In this document: positions 61,123-64,000 of the stretch, piece by piece
Position numbering within the stretch: position 1 is the first letter of the stretch
Layout: the number at the start of each line of letters is the position of its first letter
NCBI GenBank assembly: GCA_001938485.1
Contig: MQRK01194125.1
Location: forward strand, 5,661 to 69,660
DNA: 64,000 bases
Reading direction: 5' to 3'
DNA from: Girardia tigrina
Taxonomy: Eukaryota
Notes under the pieces: model-generated
What the model was told of the DNA's origin: nothing
What the model saw: only the letters and a program-made list of their open reading frames with translations
The model's database searches: none
Translations under genes and position numbers: made by a program

Positions 61123-62937
61123 GCATAGAAAAACAAACTTTCGAAAATCGATCTGGATGTTTGGGTCTTATTAAAATCGCATTCGGGAACACTCAGATGA
61201 GATAAAATTTCTAAAAACCCAGAAACTTCACACCGACACCAGAGCTTGCCGCTGCGCAACTGAGGGCTCTCTGCTAACACATGTGATTGTAAAAAAGCAT
61301 AATTTAAAACAATGATTTGTATTGAAATACAAATTTCTTAGATCTTTGAAAGTTTTAAACTCTACTGGTATTTTGCTTTTATAATATTAATTTTTTTCAA
61401 AGATTTTTGACTTTTTGTATGAGGTTTGAAAAACATTAATTGAATATTCAAACAAAATATATTTTATACCTAAGAAATGTGTATTTCAATACAAGTCGTT
61501 GTTTTGCACTATGCTTTTTAACAATCAAATGTTGTTATAAAATATATTTTGTTTGAATATTCAATTAATGTTTAAGACTTAACTTGAAACCGAAAATTAC
61601 TGCTTTGGATATTACGTTTTATTATGATAAAAATTATTTTTTTAATGATAATTTTTATTATTATGTAGAATATAATACGAAAATACTGAGGTAATATTAT
61701 TTGACAATAAATAATTTTATTCTATCATTTTTCATTTGGACTAAAATTATCGTTAGTTTTTCAAACAGGATTATATTAGGTCAGTTATACTTCGCTTCAT
61801 CCTCGGAATTTTACGTATTTCTAATCTTTATTAATCCAAGAAATTACCATAGCCGTCTAAATATAATTACTTTCACAATCTACACTTGAAACTAATCTGT
61901 TGACTTGCATTTGTGAAATGAGCTATTTCTTATGTGTAGAATTTCTTTGACAATCTATTAGTGATTTAGTTTTATAATAATTATTTGTTTATTTATTATT
62001 TATATATTTCAAAGTAGGTGGTGTTACTTCATTATTTTTTTGAGACATTTGTAAACTTTAATTCATCATCCAAACATAACATAATCAATTATTTATTAAT
62101 ACGTTTTCTATTCTGTTAAAAATTAAATAAATTAAATAATTAAATAAATTTCGTCAAAAACACAGGCATTTTATAGTACTGTTGAATGGGACAACCTGAA
62201 AAATACGCTGTTATTCATCTTCATTCTTGTAAGGAATGTTTGAAAGTTGTCTGTTGATTTGGAATTGTGTCTCTTCAACCAAGATGATAAATATTTTAAT
62301 TCTTGTTATTCTGAAACTAATTTGATTTGACATTTAAATTTTGTTTAAGACTCTGTTAAATTTAAAATTATTTGATTAATTTTATTGAAAATTTTTAAAT
62401 AGATTATAAAATGAATCTTTTTTAATAAATAATATTCATTTTATTTTAACCAATAAAATTCTTGGTAAATACTTTTAAAGACTTCAGGTTTCAAATTGAT
62501 TTAAATGGAATTGTCACCATGATGATCCGAATTGTATTTCTAATAAAAAATATAATCAATGTTTGAGTTATCTCATCCATCCTATAAATAACTTACATAA
62601 ATGTTTACTTTATCGGCATATCCAGGCTTAATTTTCATAAAAGTTTAGAAAATATCATTACAAATATTGTAATATTCATTACATTATATTTCTATTCATT
62701 CAAAAATGTGTATGTAACAATAAAGGTTTTACTTTAAGCAACCGTTTTCAAAGTTGAAAAAAACTATATATATATTTATCTATACAATAAAGTGATTAAT
62801 TACTATTTATATAGTTGAAAAACTATTACATCAAACATCTCATATATATATATATATATATATATTGAAGCAATTTTTGTGCAATCAATTAATGTAATCG
62901 CTTTTTAATTAAACACTTTTAATAAATTGGTTTAGAT

Positions 62938-64000
62938 CAGTGGTTACCAACCTTTATTGGCCCATGGACCCCTTTTCTTAGTTACAACTTGCCCACGGAC
63001 CCCCTTGCATGGTCAAAACTTTCTCACAAACTCTGTGTTATATCCGATCTCTGAGTTGCACGGAGAACTGGACGGTGGTAGCAGATGCACGCAAAGGATC
63101 ATCTGAAAGCTCGGTCTCATTTCTTTTGTGCTCATTGATATTTTAAATTGATTCAGGACATTATGTTCATTTTTTATTAGATCGGTTATACATCAAGTCA
63201 ATCAAATTGAATGTTCAAGAAAATTTAATATCAAACAAGAATATCAATTGGCAAATTCAAATAATACAAAACTTTTTTAATATAAAAAATCTTGACAAAT
63301 CAGCAGTGTTTGAGCAAAATTTACAGTGTAAATTTGTTCAAATACTGTTAATTTTGTCAGTGTAATTTTGCTTGACATTTTATGGATAATTCAATAAGTT
63401 GCTCTTGCATTAGTATCTCAGGATTTGTACTTTGAGTTTGACTACTTGCAAAAAAGTTCATCACCCAGTCGAGAATGAAGAGTGTATTCACATCTTTGAT
63501 TAAGGTCAGAATGAAGCGCCGTTAAATTTTGACAATAAGCAAACAAATCTTCATCTCTGTTTAGCAATTTTGAAATATATGGAAACTGAGAACATAATTT
63601 ATCATTTAAGTAGTTTCTTTTGACTATATTAAATGCTCTAATAACATAATCTAGTGATTCATGCAATTGTTCCCTAAGATTATTTGCGACAAAATTATGT
63701 TGATGAACGACGCAATGCACCGATAATACATTAGGTATACCTTGTTTTAAGTATGCCAGAAAGCATTGGTGTCGTTCTATCAAACACCATAAGTAGCAAT
63801 GGAGATGATATTAGTCAAGGGTATCGAAAAATCCTTTTAATTCAGTAAATAACGTTTTGCCTTTGTTATCAGTTTCTAAACATTTAACAAATAACAATTC
63901 TTGGGAATTTTTTTATTCTTTTACAAATCTCACATAATCTAAAAGTAAAGCTTCGTTTCCTGGTAATATTAACTTGTCAAGCTGTATAGAGAATTCAGAT
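62938..64000 (-). mobile_element. hAT (Charlie/Buster-like) transposon remnant
   Basis: TIR cagtggttaccaacct at 62938; transposase fragment with VLSVHCVVHQH (CxxH) in ORF 63442-63783. Confidence 0.75.

Overview
AT-rich animal genomic DNA. The 28S rDNA fragment, short introns and transposon content suggest a flatworm, probably a planarian; this is an inference. Most of the window is one large minus-strand gene. I could splice 29 GT-AG exons by hand (55906 down to 2625; 5114 nt, about 1705 aa) with every splice phase compatible and no stop codons. It encodes an extracellular mosaic protein: mucin WxxW/CysD, cbEGF, VWD (with GDPH), C8, TIL, 4 EGF, 3 C-type lectin domains, 4 EGF, then at least 3 tandem Caspr/Neurexin-IV-type fibrinogen-like domains. 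The N-terminus is uncertain and the C-terminus lies beyond the left edge. Introns are bimodal: 18 are 42-124 nt and 10 are 0.8-17.8 kb. The long introns are filled with mariner, ITmD37E, hAT, pogo, piggyBac, Harbinger and MULE elements or MITEs, Gypsy elements and solo LTRs, an RLE-type LINE relic, a Penelope element with a hammerhead-ribozyme motif, a 5S-rRNA-headed insertion and a 28S rDNA fragment. There are two assembly gaps (26395-26769, 60922-60944). No CRISPR or other prokaryotic features were seen.
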